A DNA stretch of 64,000 nt from Mobula birostris (GCF_030028105.1 NC_092370.1:185548005-185612004), one strand, 5' to 3'. Positions 13,371 to 27,567 are shown, counted from the stretch's first letter. The notes: a model not told the origin generated them from the sequence alone. Program-made: numbers and translations.

Positions 13371-15359
13371 ACTTGTTCCATAAATCCCACAATGACTCCA
13401 GCTCAAACTTGTTTTCATAACTTAAATACGATTTATATGAAGACTGATTCTTTCAAATTTCACATTTTTGCATTATTTACTATACTCTAATAAATGACAT
13501 GTTTTATCATTCTCATGTAAAGGCTTCAATTAATTTGCATTTATGTCACTGATGAAAATCTGCTGAAACATTCTTGAATATATTGCTATGTAATGCTATG
13601 TATTTTAATTAAGATACTTAAATTGCAGTGTCACAGAGAATGCAGAAAAAGTGCTTATTGAATAACGATACAAGTATTGGTTTCACTGAAACATAGTTTA
13701 GCTGTCAGGATGGTGTTTACACGTATAGCACGTATGCTATAGGTGCTTATTTCAATAGGATTAAGTCAAATTCTGTGGAAAGCAGTTCTTTTTCTTCAGC
13801 CATAATAAGAATGTTTTTTCCCAAACTAATTTATCTTCCTGATGGGAACATCACATATTGTAATTGTAACAGCTTGCCTCTCGATTGCAGGTCAATTTAT
13901 TTTTCAAAAAGTGGCTCATTTACTTCGAATTTTGCAGTTGCAGCACTACACAACTGGAATTATTAATTATTTATGATAAACCAAGGTATAATGTCGTGTC
14001 CGGGATCTGCCAACTCCATTGGTAATGCACAAAAGAAACACATCTCAAATGAGATTTCTGCCACTTACAGCTTCACAAATACACTGCTGACATCTGGTGG
14101 CCAAAATAATTTTTACATATTCATTGAACGTGGAAGGAACGTTTGCAGTTGACCAGTACCATAAGTAATTAATACTTTGTACAAAGATATGTGAATGCTG
14201 ACAGAAGGTGTTTTGGAAGAGGCTTGCACAAAGGTTATTCATATTCTTGGCAAAAATTAACTTACAGGCTTTACATAAATTTATTTCATGCAACATTTTA
14301 TAGTATTGCTTTAAACTTCAAATCTGAACATCCTCAACAAATGTAATGACAGTATATGACACATGACAATAAAATTACAGTAAGTATCTGAAAACATTAT
14401 CAGAAAAAAATCATTCAAAGCACATTGCTTGTAACGAACTTGAGATAAATCTCAAAATGGTGCACTGGAGGCTATGGTTCAGTTTGCTGCAGGATATTTT
14501 TTTAAAATTAAAAATCAATAAATGTCAATTGGAAGGGAAACTGTCACTTAATTTTGGACCAAAAAAATCAAAGTGATAATGAAATGCATTTCTCACAAAT
14601 AAGTATTTCATTGAAAGTACAAATTATAAAAATTGAAAGTAAAACAGTTAAAGTTGAATTCTAATGGGATTGTTTTAATGGCTCCTTATGCTTTAAATAG
14701 ATCAGAATATGACTGGATTATTTCTGCTCAAAGAAACCTACTGTTATTGAAGTTTTAGCCTTTACATGCAAAATCAAGTGAAATATATTAACATTGAAAG
14801 GACATTCCAAATAAATTAAACTAAGCAATTCCCATGGGAATTTTGCATGTCACAAATCAAGTCCAAAAGCAAATCCTACCGAAATTCATTTAGCTCTTTA
14901 TTGATAAAGAAATATTAAAACCGACTTTTTTTTGCTTAAATTGGCGACTATGTTTCAATTCACACTTAAAAGGGCCTCAACTATGGATCGCCATATATTT
15001 TGAAATATAACAGTTACAAATATTCAGAACCTGAAAATACCCAGTTGTTTATTTCACCTTTCTACTTGTCAATAAATACTCCCCCGCTCAAACTACCACA
15101 CCCAAAATATAACATTCAGCTCCAAATCCTCAAAGTATCACAAATTGTACATGAAAGGTCACGTTCTTGAATTTAAAATCTAACTGAATCCACACATATA
15201 CCACTTACACCATAAATATGCAATACTTTCTATCTCCTTGTGGGGAAAAAGTATTGGATGGAATACTTCCTGCTGCATTGCTGTAAAATATCCAAGTTAC
15301 AATGTTTCTCAGACTAAGGCAACACCCTACAACCCCCATGGTAACAATTGATGGAGACA

Positions 15360-15990
15360 TTCACCACATCTCCGGGCTTGCCGATCAGATCCACTTCAGA
15401 GCCTGACGCTAGGCAGCCCCATCGAAAGCGAAGGGAAAGCCTTCCCTCGACCGTTCGCCTCCTCGGTCCGACCCTCCCTCCTGAACGATTTAATCAGCGA
15501 GTTCCCAGAAACAGAAGTTGAGCACCTCTACCTTTCGGCACAACTTCAGGCGTTGGCTGGGTGATGACCCCGTGTGAGGGGTCACCCCGAAAACCGAGTA
15601 GGGAGGTTGTTGGGAGTACGGAGCGGAGCGCTCCTTCCCAGCCTACCCGTCCAACTCCAAACATCAGGCCCCAGGCCCGCCTCCGGTTCAGCACTCACTC
15701 ACCGTCATGGGGACTCCTTCCTGCCCCGTCGACTGATCTGCACGGCTAAAGGCTCGCAGCACGGAGCGGCTGTCTCTCCCCGGCTACAGGTGCCGTGACC
15801 AAGCGACGGCGTGGAGCCGAGGACCAGGCCGAGCCAGCGAGCCCAAGCCCGAGTGTGCGAGTGATCGACGGAGGGGCCAGGCCAGCGAGCTAACTCCGAG
15901 CAACCGAACGGCTCCAAAGCTCACGACTGCGCGTCAGTCAGTACACCCTGAGCTTCGATCGGAGAACCTCATCCTATCTTTCCACGGGGG
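15360..15990 (-). promoter_or_regulatory. HEATR5A: CpG island / promoter and non-coding first exon of HEATR5A (donor at 15703)
   Basis: Sharp GC/CpG-rich island in an AT-rich background, upstream of the first coding exon; consensus minus-strand donor ACG|GTGAGT at 15703/15702; CRE half-site CGTCA near 15931. Confidence 0.75.
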
Positions 15991-16659
15991 TCTCAAAGTG
16001 GTGAATATTACACGGATTGAAATGCAAGGGAGGTTTCAATGGCGCCAATCATTTGTAATGTTGAATTTCTACTGCTGTGTAGAATATGAGATAACATTGG
16101 ATACCTTATATTCTGTCCCTCTTCCAAGTCATTAATATAGATAATAGAGCGCCAAGTCCTGAACTCACTCCCCTAGATGCAATCCAAGCCTAAAGAAGAA
16201 TAATTTGCTCCATGCCACCATACAATTATGAGTTCTTTTGCACCAGTTTTCCCCTCTACCACCTTTTCAAAAATGCATTGCATGAGAAACTTCCCTCAAT
16301 AAGATATGTTGGAATATTGAACAACTCCAACAACATTAAACAACTCCAGCAAATTTGTCAACTTGATTTACCTTTCATAAAACAATATTGACATGGTTTG
16401 ATCATATATTTTAAAATTATCAGCAATGTGGTCTTCCTAGACTCTAGCATTTTACCAAAAATAACTGTTAAACCATGTATTTCCTACTTTTTGATCCCCC
16501 CGCCCAATAAATTTCTTTTTATTACTTTTTTTCTAGTCTCATCCTCTGGGGATTCCAAAATTACATTCACTACCCTCTTTTTAAAAAAATGCACGGAAAT
16601 GCTTGCTGTTTGGTTTGAAACTAGAAAGCTTTTGCTCATCATCAATTGTCTTCCCTGTT

Positions 16660-16965
16660 ACCTTTTTAAAAAAATCTTTCACTGCTGGTTCTTGAAACAT
16701 TCCCAGCCCTTGCCTTTTCTGTTCAACCAATCTGTCCCTGAAACAAACTACACAACTCTAATCACTACCTCAGTATAACAACATTGATCACTTTGTTCTA
16801 CAATGGACTTTTTTTTTATTCTGATTGTATTTTCTTATATAGTTTTGTATGATTTATGTCATTAATTTATGCCTTTCCTGTTGATGCCAAATATGCTATG
16901 TGCCTATGATGCTGCTACTACAGGTTTTTCATTGCACCTATGCATATGACAAATTTGTCTTGAAG
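16660..16965 (+). mobile_element. Rex1/Babar LINE 3' end remnant
   Basis: Similar to 48620-49080: T-rich 3'UTR, gatgctgct...ttttcattgcacct...tgacaaa. Confidence 0.5.
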
Positions 16966-18691
16966 TTTGTGTGTTTTAGTTTTCAATTTAACATTATTTT
17001 TGATCTAATTTGTTAACAGCAGATAGATCATTGTTCTTACAGAATCCCTCAAGGTAGGTTCAGTAACATATTGCTCTGAGAGACTATACCTGACATAATT
17101 ACACAATACTCTTCTGTGGTACCCTTTACACTTTAATTAGCTCTAACAATATGCAAAGTAAAATCACCCATTCTAATTGCATTTCTCTTCATTTTGCCTT
17201 TAATATCTCCCCGTTTATGTTTTGACTTCTGAGAAACAACACTCTGTGGGACCACAGACGATTCCCACTCATATTTCCATTCAATTGCATTCCACAATAT
17301 TATCCATATTACTATTCACCATTACAATGATGTCTTCCTTAATCAGCAATGCCAACCCTCCTCCTTTCCATGTTTGCTTACTTATTTTGGACATTTGAAT
17401 AATCTGAAGTACAGAATTCCCAGTCCTTGTCATTCTGTAATCAAATCTCTGTAGGAGCTACAAGATCATACTCATGTCAATATCAATTTGTGCTGTCAAC
17501 TCATCTTTTTTACTAATGCTACATCAACAGAAGAGAAGCCCTTGAAATATTCTTCAGTCAGAAGTGGTGGAGCTTCAGCAAAGGATTTAACCAGTCAACT
17601 TCACTTACTTCTACTCATTAAAGGATTTTGCCCTGAGGACTGAATGCATCCCAGAGTAACACTGAATCGAGGACTGGTGAATTTATTTCTGTTTGCAGAA
17701 TATCCTTTACCCAGATTCCTGAGTCTCCCTCCCCCACTTATTATTTCTATGTTTTAATACGTTACTCAGTACAGGCTAGCACTAAAACCTATTGTGGTCT
17801 GATAAAGCCATCAAGGAGCTTTTACTCAAATGTTGACATTCATATTGTAAAATTATGACCTTAAATCCTGCTTTTTAAGAAGTCCATATCCACATGCATA
17901 TGACAAACTTGACTTTAATTTTGTATGTTCTAATTTTATAAAATATAAAATTCTGACATTTCCTGAAAAATCAAAGCCTGGTGAAGGAAAAGCATTCTTT
18001 TATATATCAAGATTTTTTTGCCATAATATCCCTGGCCAGACAGAAGATTTCCTCTGTTTACTTAATTTACTCATTCTGTCCATTTCTAAATTGGATAGCA
18101 TTACACTGGAGGCATTTTCTCCACTCTGCACACCAACAGAAGTGCATTTGTAGTAAAATTGGGAAACATATACAACGGCAACTTGCCTCCTGGACAGAAA
18201 TGATTCTTACATCTAAATGCACAAGAAATATCACTAGTCCAGAATCAATGTACTGTAGTGAAAAACCTGCATCAATGTCACATTTCAGAACTGCTCTGTC
18301 ATTCTAAGTAGCATCATTCATCTTCAGTTCCACAAATGACCATTAAGTATTCTGTGTTGCAAGACACACATGAAGCTGGTGTCAATTCATTTTGGTTTAC
18401 TTTTGTCAGTTCTTCCACTCATACCAGCTAGTGAGGTATGATTTCCCCAAGCAAAGTCCTCATGTATTTTAGCTAAACAGAAACTTTTTTATGAATAAAT
18501 TAACAATTTGTCAAAAAGAAAATTATTTCTCTTCCCATGTTATATCAACAGAGGAGTACATTCCCTCATGTCACCAGACAACAGTTACAAGCTAGAACCT
18601 ACAGTTTGTTGATTTATTCCCTTCTAAGTGAGAATACCAAGACCATTGTAAGCAACCAAACAGCAGGAAAAACTCTTTTCAAATCCATTTT

Positions 18692-21552
18692 GATAGAACA
18701 GTACAGCACAGGAACAGGCTGTTCAGCCCACAATGTTGTACTGAACCAGCTAAAATGCAAGTCAAAAATGCCCAAACATGAATCCCTCCTATACACCATG
18801 TCCATATCCTTCCATCTTCCTTACACCCATGTGCCCAACCTAATGTCTCTTAAAAGCCTCTAAAGTATTTGCCTTCACCACCATACTAGGCGACATATTC
18901 CAGGCATCCATTACCCCTCACATCTCCCTTGAGCCTACACCCTCTCACCTTCAAATCATGCCCTCTGGTATTAGATATTTTAATCCTTGAAAACAGATAC
19001 TATCTGTCCACTCTATCCAATCCTTGCATAATCTTATAAAGTTCTATCAGATCTGTCCTCAGCCTCCAGTGTTCCAGAAAAAACAACCCAAGTTTACCCA
19101 GCCTCTCATGTTAGCACATGCCCTCTAAACCAGGCAGTATCCTGGTAAACCTCTTCTGCACCCTCTCCAAAGCCTCAATATCCTTCCTAAAGGGGCGACC
19201 AGAACTGTATGCAATACTCCAGATGTGGGCTAACAAGAGTTATATAAAGTTGCAACATAATCTCTTGACTTTTGAACTCAATGCCTCAACTAATAAAAGC
19301 AAGTATTCCATAAGCCTTCTTAACCACCTTATTGACCTGTGTAGCCATGTTCGAGGAGCTATGAACTTGGATCGCAAGATCTCTCTGTTCAACAAGACTG
19401 TTAAGGATCTTGCCCTTAACAGTGTACTGTCTCTTTGCATTTTCCCTACATTTCACGTTTATCTGAGTTAAACTCCATCTGCCATTTCTCTGCCTATATC
19501 TGCAACTGACCTATATTGCGCTGTATTCTTCGCCAGTCTTTTACACCAGCCGCAACTCCACCAATCTTCGGATCATCTGCAAACTTACTAACCTACCCAT
19601 CTACAATTTCATCTAGGTCATTTATATACATTACAAACAGCAGAGGTTCCAGCAGATCCCTGTGGTACACCACAAATTACAGACCTCCAGCTCAAATGTT
19701 GTTTCAGCCACTACCCTTTGACTTCTTTGTGCAAGTCAGTTTTGAATCCAAACAGCCAATTTGCTGTGGACCACATACATCTTTATTTTCTGGATTAGCC
19801 TCCCATGAGGGACTTTATCAAACACCTTACCAAAATCCATGTAGACAACATCCACTGCCCTCCCCTCATCAATCTATCACCTTGTCAAAAAAGTTGGTAA
19901 GACAGGACCTGCCCCACACAAAGCCATGCTGGCTCCCTCTAACTAGGTTAACTAAAAATGCTTAAATCTTATCCCTAAGGACATGTGGAAACTGGTCAAG
20001 GGCCCAGTAATCTCTTGCTTCCTTCAATATCCTGGGGCAAATCCCATCAGGCCCTGGGGACTTATCTACCTTAATACTCATTCAGAGACACAACACTTCC
20101 TCCTCCTTGACCTCTAAATGCCCTAACATATTTATACACTCAGCACTGATCTCCTGGTCCTCCATATGCTTTTCCATAGTAAATAATGAAGCAAAGTACT
20201 CATTAAATGCCTCACTGACATTCTCCATATCCAAGCAAATGTTCCCCCCTTTATCCTTGAGTGGTCCCACCCTCTCCCTAGTTATGTTCCTGCTCATGAT
20301 GAATGTATACAGTAGAATGCCTTGCGATTCACCTTAATCCCAAGAGCTTTTCATGGCCCCTCTTGGGTTTCCCAATTCTCTCTTTAATTCTTTTCTGGCC
20401 TTCTCATGTGCTTCATTTGATCCTGACTTCCAAAGCTTTAGATATCTTTCCTTTTTCTTCTTGACTAAATTCATCTCCTGTCTGGACATCCAAGGTTCTT
20501 TTATCATTCCGTCCCCATCCTTCCTTCTAACAAGGACGTACCTTTCCTGTACTCTGTGCAATTGATCTTTAAACACTCTCCACGCGTATGATGTAGACAC
20601 AAGAGAAAAGGTGTTCGTAATTAACACTTAGTAGTTTCTGCCAAATGCCTTCATAATTTGTCCTACTCTAAGACTCTCCCACAAGGACCATACCTATCCA
20701 CATCTATAGCTAACCCGAAAGATAAGAAGTTGTGGTTACTGTTCTCTATCTGTTCACCCACTGAAAGGCTCATTACCCAACACCAGGTCCAGTACAGCCC
20801 CTCCTCTCATTGGACCATCCACATATTGATTTAAGAAACCTTCCTGGATACACTTAACAAATTCAGCCCCATCTAAACCTCTTGCACTAAGGTGGTCCCA
20901 GTTTATATTAGGGAAGTTGAAATTCCCCATGACAACAACTCTATTATTTTTACACATTTCCTTATCTGCTTACATATCTGTTCCACAATGTCCCAGTGGC
21001 TATTTGTGTGATTGCACCCTTCCTATTCCCAAGTTCTACCCAAATGGACTCAGTGTCTGACCCTTCTGTTTTCTGTCCCTGGAGTGCAGCTGTGATACTG
21101 TTCCTGGTTAGTAGTGCAACTGCTACCCCCACCATCTTTTCTATGACTTCCTGCCTCTCTCTCAACCAGGTTTCAGTGATGGCTACATCATCATAGTTCC
21201 ATCACCCTTATTCATAATACTCCTGGCATTAAAATATATACTTCAAACCATCCGACCCAACATTCCTGTTATTTCTATTTTGCCTTTCAATACTTACCTA
21301 CCTTCTGGTTTGATCCTTCCCTTACTGACCTGTGGCTCCAGTTCTCAGCCTCCTGCAAAACTAGTTTAAACTCTCCTGATAGGATCAGCAAACCTCCCAC
21401 CCAGGATATTGGTTCCCCTCCAGTTCAGGTGCAACCTGTCCCGCTTGTACAGGTTCCAATGATCTAAGAACCTGAAACCTTGTCCCCTGCCCCATCTCAT
21501 CAGTCCCTCATTCATCTGTGCCATCACCCCATTCCTACTTGTATTAGCCCGT
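18692..21552 (-). mobile_element. CR1 LINE (ORF1 end, ORF2, 3'UTR), degraded
   Basis: Minus ORFs: LHLNWRGTNILGGRF, ESIWVELGNRKG, GNFNFPNINW...LDLVLGNEP, RERVGPLKDKGG; CR1 tail at 18692. Confidence 0.92.
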
Positions 21553-21939
21553 GGCACAGAGATTAATCCAGATAAAGAGTTGTATTTATAGAATGTATTA
21601 CAAAGACATGGGATCTTATGAGCTATGTTACAACCTATATTGCATCTACAAAATAGAGTCTCCAGTAACTATGACAGCTAATTTGTGTGCACTGCAAGAT
21701 CTCGTAACCAGTAACATGATAACTGTCGCAAAGGTGATTTGAGGGATTTGAGGGAGAAATATTGACAAGCACCTGCAGAATCTGTCCTTGCCTAGCAGAA
21801 GCATGATTAAATATCCAACACACTCACAGTTGATAAGTGTGTAGATCTGTATTCACAGAAATTCCAGAATAGGTTGAAAAGTGGAAATCAAGAGAAAGAG
21901 CTATAATCATTGAATGAGACTTACAAAAATGCTGCAGAG

Positions 21940-23482
21940 AATAGTGACTCAAATGACAGAGAAGGTGAAGGAGAATCCCAACAGCTCCTGCAGATATATT
22001 AAGAGCAAAAGCATAGCAAGGGACAAAATTGGTCCACTTGAGGACGGCATGGTCATCTATGTACAGACACAAAACAAATGGAGATCTTAAATGGACTTTT
22101 TGCATCTGTATTTACTCAGGAGATGGACACAGAATCTACAGAACTGAGGCAAAATAGCAGAGTTCATGGCTGGTGGGCCTAATGTCAGTAGTGGGTATAT
22201 TATTGTACGTATTCTAAGGGACTGAATATATAAGTGTTTGGATAGCAGGTCCTTATTAAGGATAGTCAATATGGTTTTGTGTGTGGTAGGTTATGTCTAA
22301 CCAATCTTAGATTTTTTTGGGGAAGTTATCAGGAAAGTTGATGAACTTTAGCAAGGCTTTTGAAAAAGTACCACATAGGAGGCTGGTCAAGAAGCTGCAG
22401 TCGCTTGGCATTCAGCATAGAAAATTGGATTCAACATTGGCTTTTTGGGAGAAGCCAGAGACTGCTTGCACATGGTTGCCTTTCTGACTTAACGCCTGTG
22501 ACTAGTGGTGTGCCACAGCAATCAGTGCTTGGCCTGTTGTTGGCTATCACCTACATCAATGATTTGGATGATAATGTGGTAAACTGGATCAGCAAATTTG
22601 CAGATAACACCAAGATCAGGGGCATAATCAACAGCGAGAAAGGCTAACAAAGCTTGCAGCGGTATCTGAAACAGCTGGTAAGGTGGCAGATGGAATTTGA
22701 TGCAGATAAGTGTGAGATATTGCACTTTGGGAAGACAAACCACAGTAGAACAAACCAGGGCAGGGCTTGCAAAATGAATGACAGGGCACTGAGGAATGTG
22801 GTAGAACAGAGGGGTTTCGGAATACAGATCTATAATTTGATGAAAGTAGTGTCATAGGTAGAAAGGATTGAAAAGAAAACTTTTGGCACATTGGCCTTCA
22901 TAATATATTATGTACAGGAGTTTGAATGTTATGTTTAAGTTGAAGACATTTGTGAGGCCAGATCTGAAGTATGTGCGGTTCTGGTCACCTACCTACTGGA
23001 AAGATATCAATAAGATTAAAAAAGTAAAGATAACTTTTCAAGGATGTTGCCAGTCCATGAGTTACAGGAAAAGTTGAACAGGTTAAGACTTTATTCCCTG
23101 GAGTATAAGGGAATGAGAGACTTTATAGTGGTACAGAAAATTCTGAGGGGTATAGATGGGGTTAATGCAAGCAGGCTTTTTCCACTGAGGGTGGGTGAGA
23201 CTAAAACTGGAGGCCATACCTTAAGAGTTAAAGGTGAAATATTAAAGGAAACTTCATCATTCAGATGATGATGCATGCATGGCACGAGTAGCCACCAGAA
23301 GTGGTGGATGCAAGTTCAATTTCAATATTCAAGAAAAATTTGTGTAAGTACATGGATGGGAGGGAGGGTTAAGGAGGGCTATGGTCCAGGCGCGGGTCAA
23401 TGGAACTAGGCAGAATAAGTTTGGAATGCACTGGCTGTAATGAACCATCTGTTTCTGTGCCATAGTGCTTTATGATTCTAGG
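21940..23482 (+). mobile_element. 5'-truncated CR1 LINE
   Basis: SGVPQQSVLG, YINDLD, SKFADNTK, KCEILHFG; ends tatgattcta. Confidence 0.9.
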
Positions 23483-23672
23483 TTATTTCAGATTCCTTTG
23501 TGTGTCACTTAAGTATAGACAGAACATATCAATCCGATGATCTCTGTCAGCATAAAAATCACTTGGACTGCTTAAAGGACTAATTGTACACAAAAAAAAA
23601 TCTCATATGTTACTTTATTTCAAATAGGGGCTTTAAGTACTGCTCCCAAAACCCCAACTATTAAATACAGTC

Positions 23673-25791
23673 ACACAACAGGAATTCTGCAGATGCTGGA
23701 AATTCAAGCAACACACATCAAAGTTGCTGGTGAACCAAAGATTCCCACACCATCACCGACTTTATCCGCTCAGGGGATCTCCCATCCACTGCTACCAACC
23801 TTATAGTTCCCACACCTCGCACTTCCCGTTTCTACCTCCTACCCAAGATCCACAAACCTGCCTGTCCTGGCCGACCTATTGTCTCAGCTTGCTCCTGCCC
23901 CACGGAACTCGTTTCTGCATACCTCAACACGTTTTATCCCCCCTTGTTCAATCCCTTCCTACCTATGTTCGTGACACTTCTCACGCTCTTAAACTTTTCG
24001 ATGATTTTAAGTTCCCTGGCCCCCACCGCTTTATTTTCACCATGGATGTCCAGTCCCTATATACTTCCATCCCCCATCAGGAAGGTCTCAAAGCTCTCCG
24101 CTTCTTTTTGGATTCCAGACCTAATCAGTTCCCCTCTACCACCACTCTGCTCCGTCCAGCGGATTAGTCCTTAATCTTAATAATTTCTCCTTTGGCTCCT
24201 CCCACTTCCTGCAAACTAAAGGTGTAGCTATGGGCACCCGTATGGGTCCTAGCTATGCCTGCCTTTTTGTTGGCTTTGTGGAACAATCTATGTTCCGTAC
24301 CTATTCTGGTATCTGTCCCCCACTTTTCCTTCGCTACATCGACGACGGCATTGGCGCTGCTTCCTGCACGCACGCTGAGCTCGTTGACTTTATTAACTTT
24401 GCCTCCAACTTTCACCCTGCCGTCAAGTTTACCTGGTCCATTTCCGACACCTCCCTCCCCTTTCTAGATCTTTCTGTCTCTGTCTCTGGAGACAGCTTAT
24501 CCACTGATGTCTACTATAAGCCTACTGACTCTCACAGCTATCTGGACTATTCCTTTTCTCACCCTGTCTCTTGCAAAAACGCCATCCCCTTCTCGCAATT
24601 CCTCCGTCTCCGCCGCATCTGCTCTCAGGATGAAGCTTTTCATTCTAGGACGAGGGAGATGTCCTTTTTTAAAGAAAGGGGCTTCCCTTCCTCCACTATC
24701 AACTCTGCTCTTAAACGCATCTCCCCCATTTCACGTACATCTGCTCTCACTCCATCCTCCCGCCACCCCACTAGGAATAGGGTTCCCCTGGTCCTCACCT
24801 ACCACCCCACCAGCCTCCGGGTCCAACATATTATTCGCCATAACTTCCGCCACCTCCAACGGGATCCCACCACTAAGCACATCTTTCCCTCCCCCCATCT
24901 CTCTGCTTTCCGCAGGGATCGCTCCCTACGCGACTCCCTTGTCCATTCGTCCCCCCCATCCCTCCCCACTGATCTCCCTCCTGGTACTTATCCGTGTAAG
25001 CGGAACAAGTGCTACACATGCCCTTACACTTCCCCTCTTACCACCATTCAGGGCCCCAAACAGTCCTTCCAGGTGAGGCGACACTTCACCTGTGAGTCGG
25101 CTGGGGTGATATACTGTATCTGGTGCTCCCGATGTGGCCTTTTATATATTGGCGAGACCCGACGCAGACTGGGAGACGGCTTTGCTGAACATCTACGCTC
25201 TGTCCGCCAGAGAAAGCAGGATCTCCCAGTGGCCACACATTTTAATTCCACATCCCATTCCCATTCTGACATGTCTATCCACGGCCTCCTCTACTGTAAA
25301 GATGAAGCCACACTCAGGTTGGAGGAACAACACCTTATATTCCGTCTGGGTAGCCTCCAACCTAATAGCATGAACATCGACTTCTCTAACTTCCGCTAAT
25401 GCCCCACCTCCCCCTCGTACCCCATCTGTTATTTGTTTTTATACACATATTCTTTCTCTCACTCTCCTTTTTCTCCCTCTGAATATATCCCTTGCCCATC
25501 CTCTGGGTTCCTCACCCCCCCCTTGTCTTTCTTCCCGCACCTCCTGTCCCATGATCCTCTCATATCCCCTTTTGCCTATCACCTGTCCAGTTCTTGGCTC
25601 TATCCCTCCCCCTCCTGTCTTCTCCTATCATTTTGGATCTCCCCCTCCCCCTCCAACTTTCAAATCTCTTACTCAATCTTCCTTCAGTTAGTCCTGACCA
25701 AGGGTCTCCGCCTGAAATGTCGACTGTACCGCTTCCTAGAGATGCTGCCTGGCCTGCTGCGTTCACCAGCAACTTTGATGTGTGTTGCTTG
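23673..25791 (+). mobile_element. Penelope-like retroelement (Neptune-type), 5'-truncated, RT plus GIY-YIG, inverted pLTR at the 5' end
   Basis: LPKIHK, GRPIVS, DVQSLYT, GVAMG, YIDD RT motifs; CxxxxCxxC linker; VIYCIWCSRCGLLYIGET; two frameshifts before 24230; 14-bp direct repeat tattaaatacagtc at 23659-23672 and 25792-25805. Confidence 0.95.
25689..25726 (+). ncRNA. Minimal type I hammerhead ribozyme in Penelope pLTR (core mutated)
   Basis: agtc-CTGACCA-agggtctccgcct-GAAA-tgtc-gact; CUGANGA changed to CUGACCA. Confidence 0.7.
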
Positions 25792-26451
25792 TATTAAATA
25801 CAGTCCTCATTTTTCATTATATTGACATCAAAACTGAATCACTTATACTGTAGATATCAATTCTATACACCCTTTTCATTATTGGTTTACAATTTTTCAT
25901 TTCACACAAACTTTTACCAACCATAGCATCAACTGAATGCATCTAATTGATTTCAAATTAGAAAGTCAACCGAACAGTTAAGTCATCAGTCCGAAATTTT
26001 AACCATTTCTCTCTACAGAAGCTGGGTATATCCAGCAATTTCCGTAAAAACACAAAGCAAATTAGAGCTGTACTTCTGTGCAAGACAGTCTTTGTGTAGC
26101 TAAGCTAGCAAGTGTCACATGTAAAGAACAGCCCATTGGAATGTTTGATGTTGCTTGAAGTCGAGCATATTTGAACACAAAATGATGCAGGCTTTGAAGT
26201 AATGCTCATAGCCATCAAGGACCCTAAGTCAGCACTAGGTCTTAGACAATAACAAAGAAAGATATGGGTAAAAATTTAATTGCCATTTTTCTCAGAACAC
26301 ATAGGCTTTGGGACAGCTATGGTAGCAGAACAAGAAATATTGGCACAGATGTCATCAAAAAGAAAACAGAAATTACGAGCTTCTTGAAAGATTGCTCTTG
26401 TGGGAAGATGAAAGGAATCACCACCTTTCTTTCAAGACACATCTTTAATGG

Positions 26452-26676
26452 TTAGCTTTACTTGTCACATGCACATCAAAACATACAGAGAAATGCATTG
26501 TTTTTCATCAATGACCAACACAGTTCGAGAATGAGCTGGGGGCAGGCAGCAAGTGTCGCCATTCTTGCAGCGCCACTGTAGCATTCTCACAAGTTACTAA
26601 CTGTAATCTGCACATCTTCAGAATGTGGGAGGAACCCCAAACACCCAGAGGAAACCCATATGGTCACAGGGAGAAA
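26452..26676 (-). mobile_element. V-SINE fragment
   Basis: tgtgggaggaacccc...cccagaggaaaccca...gtcacagggagaa is the reverse of the V domain; tail shared with 8528-8845. Confidence 0.75.
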
Positions 26677-27567
26677 CATGGTATCTGCTCTATTCATAAA
26701 ACTTTAGCTGGGGTTTAAAATCTCACCTGAATGGTGGATTCTTGAACTGTGGGGCAGAAAAGATGCCAGACCATGTACTTCAATTTCCAACAAATACTCC
26801 AGATGAATCTAAGGCAAAGACGCCTCAACCTAAAGCTAAATGAGTATGAAAAAGTCTTCAGTTGATACCATGCTGTAAATTTGGGGATACTATGAAGGGT
26901 ATTGTATTTACACAGCTTCCATAAATGGATTTTTTTTCCTTTTTAGTTAATCACACACTGTCACCTTGACTTGCTGATTATTTTCTACATCATAATACAA
27001 TTTTAATTGCAATTGAATGTTCAAGTTTTCCGATCTAGTAAATATTTTGGCTTACATGCAAGTTGCATATTCACAGATCTGAGAAGAACAGGATTATATT
27101 TAAACCAGTAAAATGGTTGTTCCAAACAGATTAAGTGCCAGGGCGGATAATCATAAATAGGAGTTTCCAGAAAAACAGAGCAAAATATGCTTCCAGGAGC
27201 CTCTTTGATACAATGAAGAAACAAATACTTTATTTTATTTACCACGTGAAATTGTGTAGAAAATAATATACTTATCATCTTTCCCATACCGGTCATAAAA
27301 GGAAACTCGTCATGTGGGAGTGCAATTGGATCTTCCAGTTAGCATTTCAATCATCTTTCACAAATTGCCAAAGCAAAATTCAACATAACAAGTCTAAACA
27401 TCAACCAAGACTGTCTTTAATAACATCCTGTTTACCAGTCCACATTTCTAATGGTAATCAAGTATCACTGCGTAGCTACTCTTTAAAAGAAAATGTGCTG
27501 TTGAGATAAAATTGGAACATTAAAAAGAGCATTTTAAGTAGTGATGTTTAGTTGGTACTGAGTTTAT

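Noticed and set aside
15494-15917. Several short ORFs in the HEATR5A CpG island
   Set aside because: Expected from low stop-codon frequency in GC-rich DNA; no homology recognised.
24230-25399. 389-aa ORF as a host gene or telomerase-like RT
   Set aside because: Part of a TSD-flanked, frameshifted Penelope element with related tails elsewhere in the window.
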